The position numbers and the translations under genes were made by a program. A stretch of 64,000 nt of DNA from Okamejei kenojei (taxonomy: Eukaryota). Positions within the stretch are counted from its first letter, which is position 1, and the number at the start of each line of letters is the position of its first letter. The DNA is taken from NCBI GenBank assembly GCA_035221665.1, contig CM069157.1, positions 17,980,001 to 18,044,000 on the forward strand. The letters are read 5' to 3'. Shown piece after piece: positions 1 through 13,500 of this stretch. The notes under the pieces are model-generated. The model searched no databases. It had not been told where the DNA came from and worked only from the letters and a program-made list of their open reading frames with translations.

Positions 1-397
1 CACTGCCATCGGGAAGAAGGTACAGGAGCCTGAAAACGGTTACATCCAGGTTCGGGAACAGCTTCTTCCCTACAGCCATCAGGCAATTGAACACTACAAC
101 CTCAAATAANNNNNNNNNNNNNNNNNNNNNNNNNNNNNNNNNNNNNNNNNNNNNNNNNNNNNNNNNNNNNNNNNNNNNNNNNNNNNNNNNNNNNNNNNNN
201 NNNNNNNNNNNNNNNNNNNNNNNNNNNNNNNNNNNNNNNNNNNNNNNNNNNNNNNNNNNNNNACACACTAAACTTTTTTTTTCTTTCTTATTTATATTGT
301 TTACTGTGTACTATGTTTACATATTCTGTTGTGCTGCAGCAAGTAAGAATGTCATTGTTCTATCTGATACACATGACAATAAAACACTCTTGACTCT
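1..397 (+). mobile_element. Rex1/Babar-like LINE 3' end, interrupted by an assembly gap
   Basis: Translates as LPSGRRYRSLKTVTSRFGNSFFPTAIRQLN, typical of the Rex1 ORF C-terminus; 3' UTR ends in tgacAATAAAacactcttgactct. Confidence 0.7.
110..262. other. Assembly gap (153 N)
   Basis: Run of N. Confidence 1.
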
Positions 398-420
398 ATG
401 AAAATAAAAAGGCCACGTAC

Positions 421-587
421 CTTGCAGCAGCCTTGCTCAGTAAACCGTCCCATCTGCCCCGCAGATTGTGTAGTTGTTTTTGGATCTTATCCTTTTCTTC
501 TGTTTCTGCAGACTCTGCAATCCTCTCTCCCTCCACCTTAATGATCTCAACTGTGGACCTGCGATCATCTAGTAGTCTTTGCAGGAG
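421..587 (-). CDS. MACF1: MACF1 rod exon (phase 0-2)
   Basis: cag|CTC...GCAAG|gtacgt; 167 nt; LLQRLLDDRRSTVEIIKVEGERIAESAE...WDGLLSKAAAR; the KAAAR ending matches MACF1 rather than DST. Confidence 0.93.
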
Positions 588-799
588 CTGAGAGGAAAAA
601 AAAAATGAGTACCAATGGCAATAGTTTCAATGCACTTTAGATTTAAATTTGTCTTTGCATTGCCCATTGAATAATAGTGTGATCCATCAGTCTTGAATAC
701 CTAAAAGTACCAATATGTCTTCATACAGTAAAACTGTGATAATTTGACACTTTTGCGATTTGGTACTGATGAACAGATGGAATTCTGGAGTTTTTGATG

Positions 800-1120
800 T
801 TTCCAGTAGTGGGAAAGTCTAGGACCAGAGGGTACAGCTTCTGAATTAAAGGACGTAGCTTTAAAATGGAGACGAGGAGGAATTACTTTAGCCAGTGGAT
901 GGCGAATCTGTGGAATCAATTGCCACAAAAGGGGATGGGGGTCAAGTCAAGTCTATTTTTAAAGCAGAGATTGATAGTTTCTTGATTGGTAAGGGTATCA
1001 ATGATTATGGGAAGGCGGCAGGAGAATGGTTTGAGGGGTAAAAAATAGATCAGCCATGATTGAATGACAGAACAGACTCGAGGGGCCGAATGGCCAGATT
1101 CTGCTCCTACGTCTTATGGT
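800..1120 (+). mobile_element. CR1-type LINE 3' fragment
   Basis: Degenerate R..FF..RV.NLWN.LP segment and CR1 tail (gggccgaatggcc...tcttatggtctt). Confidence 0.75.
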
Positions 1121-2392
1121 CTTCTGCTACGCCTGTTAATTCCTGAACATGCAGTCCTGTTAATACCTGAACATACTTTTATTTCACTATATTTTTCATG
1201 CTACACAGTGGGATAATAAATTTTCCAATGAACCTGTGAGTTTGAAGAGAGCAGCAAGTATATAAACATCCCACAATTGCGTTAATGGCCCCAGGACTAC
1301 CGATGTTCCAGACCGCTATTGTTCTGGCTACACTCCTGGACGCACACTTGACCCATAGTCAGGACACTAGGCCTGGCCACTTGCCAGACCCCCACACCTC
1401 ACTTACACTCCGCACCTTCTGCCCACATGCTGGACTAATGAGTGAACCAGATGCTGAACCATCAGGATATCCAAACAAATGAATGTCAGATTATTGGTCC
1501 TTTACTGCACTTTCCATAAATGTCTTAAAATATACAGATGTTTCTTCCCCCCCCCCCGATGTTCAACTATACTGCGCTTAAGGATAGATAGAATTTATAT
1601 GGAAAAGTAAGCATTTGTTCTGTGAAAGCTTTTCAATTCCATGATAATTATATCAAGCATGTGTAAATTTACTTCCCTCTTCCTACAGATTCACTGTACC
1701 TACCAAAGCATGCACTGGGAAGAACACAAATATAAAGATTAAATACAGTTTTGCTGACAGAAAACAAGCTGCAAACTGTGCCAAAACCGCCAGCCAAAAA
1801 TGCTCCACGATGAAGATCCCATTGACTGATTAGTTTCTTATCCGAGCACAATGCAACAGTAACATTCAAGGATGCTCGATGCACACAGATTCAGAAGTAG
1901 CACCAGGCTCCCAACCTTTTCAATCTTCCAGGGATAATGCTTTTCTAACCATGAGCGGGCAGATTTAACTCACAAAGCTGGCGCTGCTCCACTGCCATTA
2001 GAACACTCCATGTCACAATCCCTTTAATACTGCTAGCCTTAATTCCAAAGATATCAATAAACACAACGCCAATCTTTTTTTTAACAAGCACAACACCGAG
2101 AGGTTGTTCCTTTAATACAGCAGAACGGGAAATGTTTATTGGGGATCTGCAAAAGGTCTATCACACTTGAAGTCTTCAGTTGGTTTATTTGGTTACTGAA
2201 ACCTCTCATCCACAAATTAACCACACTATAAAGGGATGGGAACATTGAATACCGAGTTTAAAACAATATACAACACAGATGAACACTGAAAAATTCTACA
2301 ACTGCTTAAGAAATGAATCATTTAAAAATGATCTAATTCACATTTACTCCACTGAAAACCCATTTTCAACAATATTAAACACCTCTCATGAA

Positions 2393-2555
2393 CAGGGTGA
2401 CGTTTTGGGTCGAGACCCTTCTTCAGACTGAAGGGTCTAGACACGAAACGTTACCCATTCCTTCTCTCCTGAGATGCTGCCTGTCCTGTTGAGTTGCTCC
2501 GCCATTTTGTGTCTATCTTTGGTGTAAACCAGCATCTTCAGCTCCTTCCGACACA
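2393..2555. mobile_element. Penelope pLTR-derived short element with head-to-head hammerhead-like motifs
   Basis: ggtgacgttttgggtcgagacccttcttcagactg is the reverse complement of the ctgaagaagggtctcgaccc(g)aaacgtcacc motif; followed by gagatgctgcc...ttttgtgtct; many copies in the window. Confidence 0.7.
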
Positions 2556-3967
2556 CCGCTTATAAACTTATGGTTGAAGAGTTTTATTAAAACGCAGGCC
2601 AAAAATTGAATCAGGTAATAAAATTCAACTAAAATCTACTTAATTCTGGGAAAATAACAACACTGTATGAAGGAGCTGCAGGTGCTGGTTTAAACCAAAG
2701 ATAGACACAAAATACCGACCCTAAACCCTCTCCTATTTGTGTTTCCATAGATGCTGTCTGTTCCACTGAGTTCATCCAGCACTTTGTGTCCATCATTCTG
2801 GTACTCCTCTGCCACCTTTCCCCAGTCTCCACATTCTTCCTGAAATGGGGCGACCAGAACTGCGCGCGATACTCCAAATATTAATATATTACCAACCTTC
2901 TCGCTCAAACTTAACCCAATCCCTCTATCTCGCCTTGGCAATTGGAAATTTCCAATTCTGCTTAACAATTATCAGATACCAACACTCATCTGAAAATTCC
3001 TTTCCAATGGATTTTCTCAGAATAGATTTTCTGGTCCAACTACCCAGCCTACCCATATTCGTCAATGTAAATTAACCCTGGGGTCTTGATCTTTGGTGAC
3101 CGGCTCCTCAAACTGATTTATGCCTCTGTAACACTGCCCACCTCGTGACCTCGAAGCACATTTAGTTTATTTCCTGAAAGCAATGTGCAGTGAATTGTGC
3201 TGTGACATGGCCTTGGCGAAAACATTTGCTGGCCTGCTCCTTTTGAGCTGAGGAAAATTGAACATCTGTTTCCTTATGTTCAACTTAGATATAAGCAACA
3301 TGAGAGATATGTCAGTGGAATGTATGTTGTCATTATGTGTATCTGCAGAAAAACAAACTGATTTTCCAAATACTTTCATCAGGACAGGACTCTAGGATGG
3401 AAAACTGGCATTGAAACGAATATCATTTTCCAAAGATTTGTAGAGAAACAGTGATTTTAGCTTTTCTAATTTGGCAAAGAGCTAGTGGATAGACATTTAT
3501 TCAACTTTGCAAATTGAACAAATGTCTCTTTGTTGGTCCGAATCTGGAAATTAAAAATTCAACAAGGTACTTTATAAGTTGGCCTCATATTTTAAGTTTT
3601 ATCCTTTTAGTGTATAGCTATTAAATTATAAACAGCCAACTGAAAATAGTATCGCGCTGGAACAGAACATCGCAAAACACCGCAATCTCAATGCCGAACA
3701 TGATGCCGTTAAACTAATCTCCTCTACTTGCATGTGACCCATATTCCTTCATCCATGTGTCTATCTAAAAGCCTCTTAAACGCCACTATCATATCTGCAT
3801 TTACCACCTTCTCTGGTAGCGTTTTTCACACACCCCGAACAGTCGATGTTAAAAAAAAATAAATTGTCCTGTGGATCTCCTTTATACTTTGCCCTTCGGA
3901 TTTTAAAACTATGCCCTCTAATCTATGACATTGCACATCGGACACCATTCAGAAAACAAAAAAATAC

Positions 3968-4138
3968 CTTCTGCTCCTGAATTTGTGCCTTCACCACTTT
4001 ATATTCCGCTGAAGGTGGTTTCTGGTTGGCAATTAGCTCTTCAGTATCCGTCAGCCAACTCAGTAAAGGTTCCAAAGCATCCTGGAATTTTCCACGATGC
4101 AACAGTGCCTCTTGTAACTGAGAGATACGTTCTGCCAC
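3968..4138 (-). CDS. MACF1: MACF1 rod exon (phase 0-0)
   Basis: cag|GTG...AAG|gtattt; 171 nt; [57 protein letters not shown] (SAEYKVV as in MACF1). Confidence 0.95.
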
Positions 4139-5221
4139 CTGGGAAAATGAAGTATTAACAACTCACATTTAGGATTCCCCCTCTCAAATAGGAGCGGGAC
4201 AGAGAAAATATCAAGAATGAAATGATTGCAAGAAGACAAAGAGAAGAATAGATAGGAGATGGGGGGTGGAGCAGGTAAGAATTTGGGGATAGGGAAGAGA
4301 TAGAGAGACAGATGCAAAGGGATGCAGTAAATAAAAGTGGACATTCATCTGTCATGTTGGACATGACTTACCAGCTGCTTCACCGTGGGGGATTAGCACT
4401 GAGTGGATGATTGTCAGTCGGCAAATGTTCATGCATTGCTCTTACAAATTAAGACTTTGTTACTGTTTTGTATTTCTTCTGAAGCACAGTCTTTTTTGAT
4501 GAAGTTACAAATTTTACTTTTTCATCTCTTGAAAGTAATTTTTTTTTTGGTTTTAATTTGTAAAATCTTTTTCTCATTGCTACATGTGTAAGTTATTAGT
4601 TGCACTCACATGCTCATCCAATTGCCTTTTATTCCTGTTAGCTCACAGTGGGTTATGTTTGGCTATTCTACTGTATAGGGACACAGAGGGAACTGCGATC
4701 CTCCATCACCTGTTAAGCGCATTTGTCCACTTGCACTTTCATTAGAGATATCTGGAAGATCTCAGGATTGGGGGCTGGGTGAAACCAAAATGCTGGAGTA
4801 ACTCCAACATTGTGTGTCTATCGTTGTTGTAAACGAGGATCTGCAGTTCCTTCCTGTACATCCTTCAAATGGCGAGAATTGCAGCTGTTTTTTTCTGATT
4901 CGTTAGTTTGTTTCAACACAAGATGTTGTTGGTTGTGGCATGTGGAAAATGGTTGAATGGTCTCATTCAAAAGCGAGCGTGATTGCACTTCTAAATAATT
5001 TGTTCTGTATTAAGCGCTTCGAATGGTCATGACGTATGATGGTCTAGATTTTTTGGCACCTGTGCCTGCCACTTCTATATGTTTACCTGCTATAAATCAG
5101 CAACGTCAAAATTGCTGGCTGCAACAAATCCAGAGACAAGTGGCGAAGATTTGAATAATGGAAAGGCTTTGAATGATGTAATGGGTAACGTGGGTTAGCC
5201 AGAACCAGCCTTGCACATTTA

Positions 5222-6852
5222 CAGTGCCCTCTATAATGTTCGGGCCAAAGACCCATCATTTATTTATTTGCCTCTGTACTCCACAATTTGAAATTTGTAA
5301 TAGAATAAATCACATGTGGATAAAGTGCACATTGTCAGATTTTAATAAAGGCCATTTATTTCATTTTGGTTTCACCATGTCGAAATTACAGCAGTGTTTA
5401 TACATAGTCCCTCCCCATTTCAGGGCACCATAATGTTTGGGACACAGCAATGGCATGTAAATGATAGTAGTCATGTTTAGTATTTTGTTGCATATCCTTT
5501 GCATGCAATGACTGCTTGAAGTATGCGATTCATGGACATCACCAGTTGCTGGGTGCCTTCTCTGGTGATGCTCTGCCAGGCTGTATTGCAGCCATCTTTA
5601 GTTTATGCTTGTTTTGGGGGCTAGTCCCCTTCAGTTTTCTCTTCAGCATATAAGACATGCTCAATTGGGTTCAGATCGGGTGATTGACTTGGCCACTCAA
5701 GAATTGACCATTTTGTAGCTTTGACAAACTCCTTTGTTCCTTTGGGATCATTGTCTTGCTGTAGAATGAATTGCCAGCCAATGTTTTGAGGCATTTGTTT
5801 GAACTTGAGCAGACAGGATGTGTCTATACACCAGAATTCATTATGCTACTACCATCAGCACTTGTATCATCAATGAAGATAAGTGAGCCAGTACCTTCAG
5901 CAGCCATACATGCCAAGGCCATAACACCGCCACCACTGTGTTTCACAGATGAGGTGGTATGCTTTGGATCTTGGGCAGTTCCTTCTCTCCTCCATTCTTT
6001 GCTCTTGCCATCACTCTGATATAAGTTAATCTTTGTCTCATCTGTCCACAAGACCTTTTTCCAGAACTGTGGTTGTTCTTTTAAGTACTTCTTAGCAAAC
6101 TGTAACCTGGCCATCCTATTTTTGCAGCCTACCAGTGGTTTGCATCTTGCAGTGTAGCCTCTGTATTTCTGTTCATGAAGTCCTCTGTGGACAGTGGTGA
6201 TTGACAAATCCACACTTGACTTCTGAAGAGTGTTTCTGATCTGTCGGACAGGTGTTTGGAGAATTATTTTTATGAAAGAGAGAATTGTTCCGTCATCAGC
6301 TGTGGAGGTCTTCCACTGCCAGTCCCTTTGCTATTAGTAAGGTTCACCAGTGCTCTCTTTCTTCTTAATGATGTTCCAAACAGTTGATTTTGGTAAGCCT
6401 AAGGCTTGGTTAATGTATCTAACAGTTTTATTCTTGTTTCTCAGTCTCATAATGGCTTCTTTGACTTTCATTGGCACAACTTTGATCCTCATGTTGATAA
6501 ACAGCAATAAAAGTTTCCAAAGGTAATGGAAAGACGGGAGGAAATATTAGGTGCTGAGAGCTCTCTTATACCTGCATTAAGCAGGCAATTAAACACACCT
6601 GAGCAATTACAAACACCTGTGAAGCCATGCGTCCCAAACATTGTGGTGCCCTGAAATGGGGGGACTATGTATAAACACAGCTGTAATTTCTACATGGTGA
6701 AACCAAAATGTATAAAAATACTCTTTAATAAAACCTGACAATGTGCACTTTTACCATATGTGATTTTTTTCTATTACAAATCTCAAATTGCAGAGTACAG
6801 AGGCAAATAAATAAATGATGGGTCTTTGTCCAAAACATTATGGAGGGAACTG
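5222..6852 (-). mobile_element. Tc1/mariner DNA transposon (IR/DR type), full-length size, decayed transposase
   Basis: TA target duplications at 5220-5221 and 6853-6854; about 220-bp TIRs (5222-~5444, ~6631-6852) starting CAGTGCCCTC with an inner direct repeat cagggcaccataatgtttggga; ORF 5824-6213 has WKKVLWTDETKINL and VKHSGGGVM motifs; frame broken. Confidence 0.93.
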
Positions 6853-7469
6853 TAGTTGCTCTGGAAGACTTAGACAGATGACAGAACCTTGGCCCTAGCT
6901 TTGCCATCAAAATGTATCAATGTTTATGAGTATTCAGCACTATTTAAAACAGTTGCGAATAAATCATATTTATTCAATATATATATATTCAGATTTTTAT
7001 ATATTTTAATAATAATATTTAAATATTATAGTATAATAATATTTATCAATAATATTTCTAAAATGCAACAATAACATTTAAAGCAAATATTTAAGACTAA
7101 AGCATAGCTTGCCTAAGTTTTTTTAATTTATCTTCTCTGCAGCCCTACAACTGACTTTCAAATGAGGGGGCTTGCAGATTCTGCAACAGGTCGGTGTAAC
7201 CTAGCACAGGATCTCAGAACAGATCCCACACTTTAGTGTGGGGGAGTGTTAGCAAGCTCCTGCCACACTATTGCACTTCATGGTGGCCATTTGGAGGTAT
7301 GAATAAATGTGGATATTAGATAAGGAACTGCCAACAAAATTGGAGCCTATAAGTATACATAAATATCATAATGTTTATAAGCATTTAAACAAATGCTCAA
7401 GTACTTGTTGACCAACTTGCTTGCCATTCTAGAAACTCAACATTCAGAATGGATCCAATTTCCTTTGAA

Positions 7470-7800
7470 CCAGTCTGAAATAGATTGGGTGGACACACAG
7501 TCTCTTGGCCAGAGTAGGGGAATCAAGAGGACATAGGTTTGAGGGGGGAAAGATTTAATACGGATCTGATACTAAGGGTCTAACATTTTCACACAAAGGG
7601 TGGTAAGGTTCCAGATGAGGTCGCTGAGGCAGGTACTATTGCAACGAATAAGAAACGTTTAGACAGGTACATGGATATGACAGATTTAGAGGGATATGGG
7701 CCAAACGCAGGAAGGTAGGATTAGTGCAGAGGGGACATGTTGGCCGGTGTGAGCGAGTTGGGCCGAAGGGCCTGTTTCCATGTTGTAAGACTCTATGACT
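7470..7800 (+). mobile_element. CR1-type LINE 3' fragment
   Basis: ccagagtaggggaatcaag...ggccgaagggcctgtttcca tail shared with 25500-25810. Confidence 0.8.
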
Positions 7801-7920
7801 GTTTACACACAGTCTGGATATATAGATTTTATTTAAAATATGTTTCAATTATTTTTCCATCAGAATACATAACTATACTACCCACACCCTGCCAAATAAT
7901 AAATAACTATACTACCCGAC

Positions 7921-8082
7921 CTTTTTGTTGAGCGTGTTCCATCTGATATTGGTTTCATCTAGATCATGTTCCAGTCCTTGTGTATTCGCATTCTTTGCAG
8001 CACTCTGAATAAGACCCTGGCCCACTCCATTGGCCTGCTGAAGTTTGTACTGTATAGGATCCACCTGAACCTTTTGAAACGT
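7921..8082 (-). CDS. MACF1: MACF1 rod exon (phase 0-0); first exon shared by the KIAA0754-type isoform
   Basis: cag|ACG...AAG|gtcggg; 162 nt; [54 protein letters not shown]. Confidence 0.94.
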
Positions 8083-8399
8083 CTGAAATAAAAGAATGAA
8101 AGTCACAAAAAGCCACAATGAAATATTATCTAATTACATTTTCTCAAGGGATGGAGGATTAATTGTGTGAACCACTCTTAAGACAATACAAAATTAAAAT
8201 TACTCAGATGCACAAAGGTCTCTTGGAAAACAGAACAGATTGAAATCAAGGTCAAAGATGCAAAATGGAGGAACAGATTGATTTTGTTTAAAGGCCTGTG
8301 TAATTATTTTCTTTGACCAACATTGCCTAAGACAATGAGCAAGCTTAAGATGTTAGAAAGTTAAAGATTATTTTTAATCTTTACCATAGTTTAATGGAA

Positions 8400-9090
8400 T
8401 GTCAAGCTAAAACTACAATTTACGTAAAATTTAAGTGAGAAAAGGAATTGAACATCACAATCTCAGAAGAAGAATGGCATCATATGTGTATAACACTACA
8501 GACATCCATTAATTCACAAAAATAGAGAGAATTTGGAAAAATATGATTTGTTTCTAACATAAACGCCTAACATAAAAAGCACGCAAATTCTAAGGCAGCA
8601 AACATGCTGGAGGCAATGTGGCCAAACAGACGCAAATCATACACATATCTTCTGGAGTTGCCCAAAAATAGAACCATTTTGGGACAGAGTGAATTCAGAA
8701 TTAAAGGAGGTATTAGGATATATAGTCTCCAAGAAGTGTTCCAATTTATACATGGGTAACATAAATACAGTGAAGCTGAAGATCATTACTTGGTTAAAAT
8801 CCTACTCACAGCTGGCAAAAAGGCCATTACAAGAAACTGGTTTGCAGCGGACACACCCAGACTTAGACAATGGTTAGACATAGTACAGGAAATATTTGTC
8901 ATGGAGAAAATGATATATTCTCTAAGAGTGAAAGAAGACGAGTTTAACAGAAAATGGGAAAAATGGATTAGGTATAGAAATAAAGACATCAACACTGTAT
9001 AATTTTATTGACATGGATAATGTACTCATGGCCAAATGTACTCCAAAAACGATAGAACTTCCACTCTTCCCTCCAAGTTATAAATAAAGC
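8400..9090 (+). mobile_element. L1-clade LINE ORF2 3' fragment
   Basis: Encodes CWRQCGQTDANHTHIFWSCPKIEPFW (L1-type C-terminal CCHC motif) and LLTAGKKAITRNW...W; frameshifted; AATAAA near 9083. Confidence 0.8.
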
Positions 9091-9211
9091 TATTCTCTAC
9101 ATATCATATGCCTGGTAGGAAGAATATAAAAAGGTGTGTGGCCTGTTGACATTTCCTATTTATTTTTTTAACGGGCCTCCTTTGTTTAAAATTTTCTGAC
9201 TTTGTGAGTAG

Positions 9212-9665
9212 CAGGGCTGCCAACTCTCATGCTTTCAGCGTGAGTATCATGCCTTGGAGCTATTTTTCACGCCCTCACGCTCATGACCGAGTTCTCACGC
9301 TGAGTTCAGTCCCTGCGCCAGTTTGTCCCTTTGCGCCGCCTGCCAGCGATCTGTGCGGTCTGGGGAAGCGCGTCGGTTGACGGCTGTGAGTGACGTCGCG
9401 TCTCTTCTCTTCTCTTTGGTCGAATGTGCAGCTGCCGGCAACACCAACCAGATGAAGCAGTTGTCAAACATTGGGGGGGGCGACCGCAATGAGGCCAGGA
9501 CAGGGTTCGGACTACAGGCATACGGCCCGTAACCAGAAAAACCGCGGGGGGTTTTTCCAATTCGTTTTCGCTGGGGTCGTGGCAGGCAAGCCGACCTGGG
9601 AACTGCGGTAAGTCCCTGGGACGCGAGCTGACCTGGGAACGGCAGCCAGTCCCGGGGCACGCAGA
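9212..9665 (+). mobile_element. hAT-like non-autonomous element fragment (one end only); second copy of the end at ~10026-10100
   Basis: Starts CAGGGCTGCCAACTCTCA, with tcacgc subterminal repeats and a GC-rich interior; no matching right TIR seen. Confidence 0.5.
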
Positions 9666-10411
9666 ATGCCAACTTGATCAGTATGGACAAATTGGGCCAG
9701 CCATGTACATGTTGTGTAACTGACTCTATGCAGATCTGAATGGGCTTAGAATTACCATTTAAGCAAAATTGCCCTCACTTTCCCTTTTTTGATTCTTGAG
9801 ATTAATATCCCTTTGCTCTGTTAACAGCGTTAAAGTACTTATGAGGTCCAGTCAGGAAAGGGAACATGTTATTTTTTTTAAAGTTTGCTTTAATTTGTTC
9901 GTTGATTTTTTGTTGACTGCCATAATTTCTGAAATAGTCTTAAAATAACAACTGTTCTAAAGCAGTAATAAGTGATTTTTGTCCAAACAATTGGAACTTG
10001 CATAAAATGTTTGAATTATTAGCAAGTCTGCCAACTCTCACGCATTGAGCGTGAGATTCGCGCATTTCACAAAATTTTCATGCTCTCACGCTGATCAAAA
10101 AATTATATAATGAGAATAGGACCTGTTTTGCTTAACAAATAGTGTAGTGAGGAATTGCAGATGCTGGTTTAAACTGAAGAAAGACACTAAAAACTAGAAA
10201 AACTCAGGCAGCAGGACAGGCAGCAACTCTGGAGAGAAAGAATGGGTGATGTTTCGAGTCGAGACCTTCAGCCTGAAGAGGTTGAAAACCAGCCATAAAA
10301 CACAATGACTGGACATGTGTGTTATCCAACTAAGGGCAGAAATCAGAATCATGTGTTCATCTTTATTCACGTGACACCATAATAAATATATTACAGAAAA
10401 AATAATGTAAT

Positions 10412-10620
10412 GGGGTGGCACGGTGGTGCAGCGGGAGAGTTGCTGCCTCACTGCCACATGGGTTTTCTCTGGATATTCCCGTTTCTCCCATATCCGAAAG
10501 AAGTGCAGGTTTGTAGGTTAATTGGCTTCTGTAAATTGTCCCTGGCGTGATGGATGGTATTGGTGTATGATAGATTGCTGGTCGGTGTGAACCTGCTGGG
10601 CGGAAGGGCCTGTTTCCATA
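10412..10620 (+). mobile_element. tRNA-derived SINE (HE1/V-SINE-like), internally deleted
   Basis: ggcacggtggtgcagcgg A-box region, gtttgtaggttaattgg core, gaagggcctgtttcc CR1-like tail. Confidence 0.75.
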
Positions 10621-10919
10621 TATATTTTACAGATATATCTTAATTTCATTGAACCATACATGATTGAATATGTGGCATTATTTTCGTCTTGTTTCTATAT
10701 TCAAAGGGTAGGGTTGAAACTGTCTGAAGAAGGGTTTCGGCCCAAAACGTTGCCTATTTCCTTCGCTCCATAGATGCTGCCTCACCCGCGGGGTTTCTCT
10801 AGCATTTTTGTTTACCAAACATATTTGACAAATCTGTTGAAATTTGAGGTTGGAACTAGCAGAACAGACAAGGCGGAACCAGTTGGTGTGGTACATTTGG
10901 ACTCTTGCAATGCCAGTAA

Positions 10920-11175
10920 AGGGCCTGTCCCACTTGGCGATTTTGCCGACGTCATATCAGTGTTGCCAAAAGATTTAGAACATTTCAAAATCCAGCGGCG
11001 ACAAAAATTTTTTTTGCGACACATGAAAAAAAAGCGTGTCATACGTCATCACACCGCGTCACCGCCCCATCATACGTCATCACGCCGTGTCACGCCACGT
11101 ATTTTTCAGTGACCTGATACGTCCGTCAATGATGCCGGCAGTCACCAAAAAAAATCGGCAAGTGAGGCAGGCCCT
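10920..11175. mobile_element. PIF/Harbinger-type MITE (256 bp)
   Basis: TAA duplicated at 10917-10919 and 11176-11178; TIRs AGGGCCTGTCCCACTTG / CAAGTGAGGCAGGCCCT; internal cgtcatcac repeats. Confidence 0.8.
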
Positions 11176-11339
11176 TAACAGAGGCCCCACAAGAGGTCAT
11201 TAAACAAAACAAGTGCACATAACATTTTATCGTGGGCAATACATGAGTGTGGAATGAGCATTGGTTATTTGACAGAAAACGGGGGAATAAACGGGTAATT
11301 TTCAAGTTGGTAGGATGTAACCAATAGTAACAAGGGTAA

Positions 11340-12250
11340 CAAACAATCTGCTGCGGAAATGCTGTGGGGCAAGCAGCATCTGTGGATTGGTGGGGCGGGG
11401 AGAGGAATTGTCTATGTTTTCGGCTAAAACCTGCATTAGGACTGGAGGGGGTTGGTACTAGGGCACAGTCTTTGGCAATCTATAAACAACAATTTGGATG
11501 AGGGGATCAGTACAATAAACTGAAGAACCCTGATAATGCAAGTGTACGTGTACCTCTGTCTCATCTGGAAGCACTGCTGGTGAGTCCAGGTTAGATGGAG
11601 GTTCACTTGCGCCTCCTCTAACCACTTCTACTGCATCTGGTGTTCCTGAAATGGCCTTCTGTATATTGGCAAGACCAAGCGTATACTTGGTGACTGTTCC
11701 GCCGAACACTTCCGATCGGCCCGCCAAGGCGTACTGAATCTCCCGGCTGCTAACCATTTTAACTCTCCCAGACTGACCTGTCTATCATGGGCCTACTCCA
11801 TTGGTACAGTGGAGCCACACACAAAATGGAGGAACAGCACTTGCAATCCAGTGGTATGAACATCAAATTCTTCGATTCTAAGTAACTTAAATTGCCCCCC
11901 CCCCCTTCCCTGTGCCACACCTGATTGCATCTGTTTGTCTCTTCCCTTCCATTTACATTCCTTCCTCTAGCTTCACAATTTGTAACTCTTCAATTCTTTT
12001 GTCTCACACCTTCTGTCTTTTCATCTCTGGCCTTTGTCCAACCATCTGGCCATAAAAAAACCTCTCTCACCCATACCCACTGATTACCTGCCAAGTTTCG
12101 TTCTGTCCCTTCTTTCTTCCAGCTTTGTCCATCCCCCCCCTGCCCCCACAATCAGTCTGAGGAAAGGTCTCGACCTGAAACATTACCTATCCATGTTTTC
12201 CAGAGATGCTGCCCGACCTTCTGAGTTACTCCAGCACTTTGTGTCTTTAA
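11340..12250 (+). mobile_element. Penelope-like retroelement fragment (GIY-YIG remnant plus pLTR)
   Basis: ~11600-11760 translates FTCASSNHFYCIWCS*NGLLYIGKTKRILGDCSAEHFRS (GIY-YIG endonuclease); 3' pLTR with hammerhead-like core at 12157-12187; inverted pLTR-like piece at 11340-11445. Confidence 0.85.
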
Positions 12251-13289
12251 AAAAAGTGAACTGGACGTGGAAATCTGAAGAGGTGATCTAACTAAAACAT
12301 ACAAAATTGGGTTTACGGGTCCAATACAAAGTTTAAACTTAGCTTAGTTTATTGTCACGTGTACTGAGGTACAGTGAAAAACTTTTGTTGCGTGGTAACT
12401 TCTGGCGGTGGTGCCCAGAACGAGTGGTCACAGTCTCAAAATAAAGGGTCGGCCATTCAGGAGAGGGATTTTGAAAATAATGTTTTCACTTAAATAATTA
12501 GTGAATCTTGGGACGTCACTATTCTAGCAAGCTGGCCAGTTGCCTGTGCTGAGATAGAACGCTAAAGGTTATTTCATACCAAGGAAACTGGGATTAGTGC
12601 AGGAAAGTAGCGCTGAAATAAGATTTCGGCCATAATTTCACTGAATGACAGAACAGTTACAAGTGATCAATTAACTTATTCAATTTTTTTAATTCCTTAA
12701 GCCAACTGGATTGTAAATCCCCTCCAGCTGTTGTGACATACCTATTATGTGGCACCACAGGCTGACTAATAAAGTATCAGAAAACACTGCTAAACCAATA
12801 AAGCTTCATCTTAATTAAAAACAAATCCTTTCATCAATATGTGGAAAGAGCAATTTGTTTGCAATTTCTGCAACAAACGGAAGAATCGGCATTCAATTCT
12901 AGCTGCCAGCTACATTAAACCAGTGTCCATATAGCCCTCTCTTAACATTCAAATAATTTTGCACACTAAGGAAAGGGGAATTGTAATATGCAGGTTATTA
13001 ACAAAGGATTACATTCTCAATTTGTGTTAGGCAGTGACAGAAAAAAAACCAGACAGATCCAAATGAACATTTGGAAAACCTTTTTACCACTTGGCGCACA
13101 GGTTATTGATTCATTCATCTTGAATGTCTCCACCTTGTGCAGACATTCAAGATGTTTTTAAGACCTGCCTTGAGAAATCAAAAAAAATTATGGGAAGTGT
13201 AACATTATATTTGATCTCATAAATGATCAACACCAGAAAATGCTTTAATCATTTTCACAGTTGCAAATACAGTCTTACTTTTATAAGTT

Positions 13290-13500
13290 CATAAGTTCTA
13301 GATGCAGAATTAGACTATTCGGTCTAATTAAGCCTACTCCGCCATTCAATCATGGCTGATCTATCTTTCCCTCTCAACCCCATTCTCCTGCTTTCTCCCC
13401 ATAACCCCTGACACCCGTACTAATCAGGAATCTGTCAATCTCCTACTTAAAAATATCCATCGACTTGGCCTCCACAGCTGTCTGTGGCAATGAATTCCAC
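13290..13500 (-). mobile_element. CR1-type LINE 3' fragment
   Basis: Reverse complement of the family at 800-1120 (gccattcaatcatggctgatcta...ggcaatgaattccac). Confidence 0.75.

Noticed and set aside
87-401. 104-aa ORF
   Set aside because: Artefact of translation through the N gap.
9295-9690. GC-rich overlapping ORFs (131, 84 and 69 aa)
   Set aside because: They lie inside a hAT-like element fragment and show no recognisable domain.
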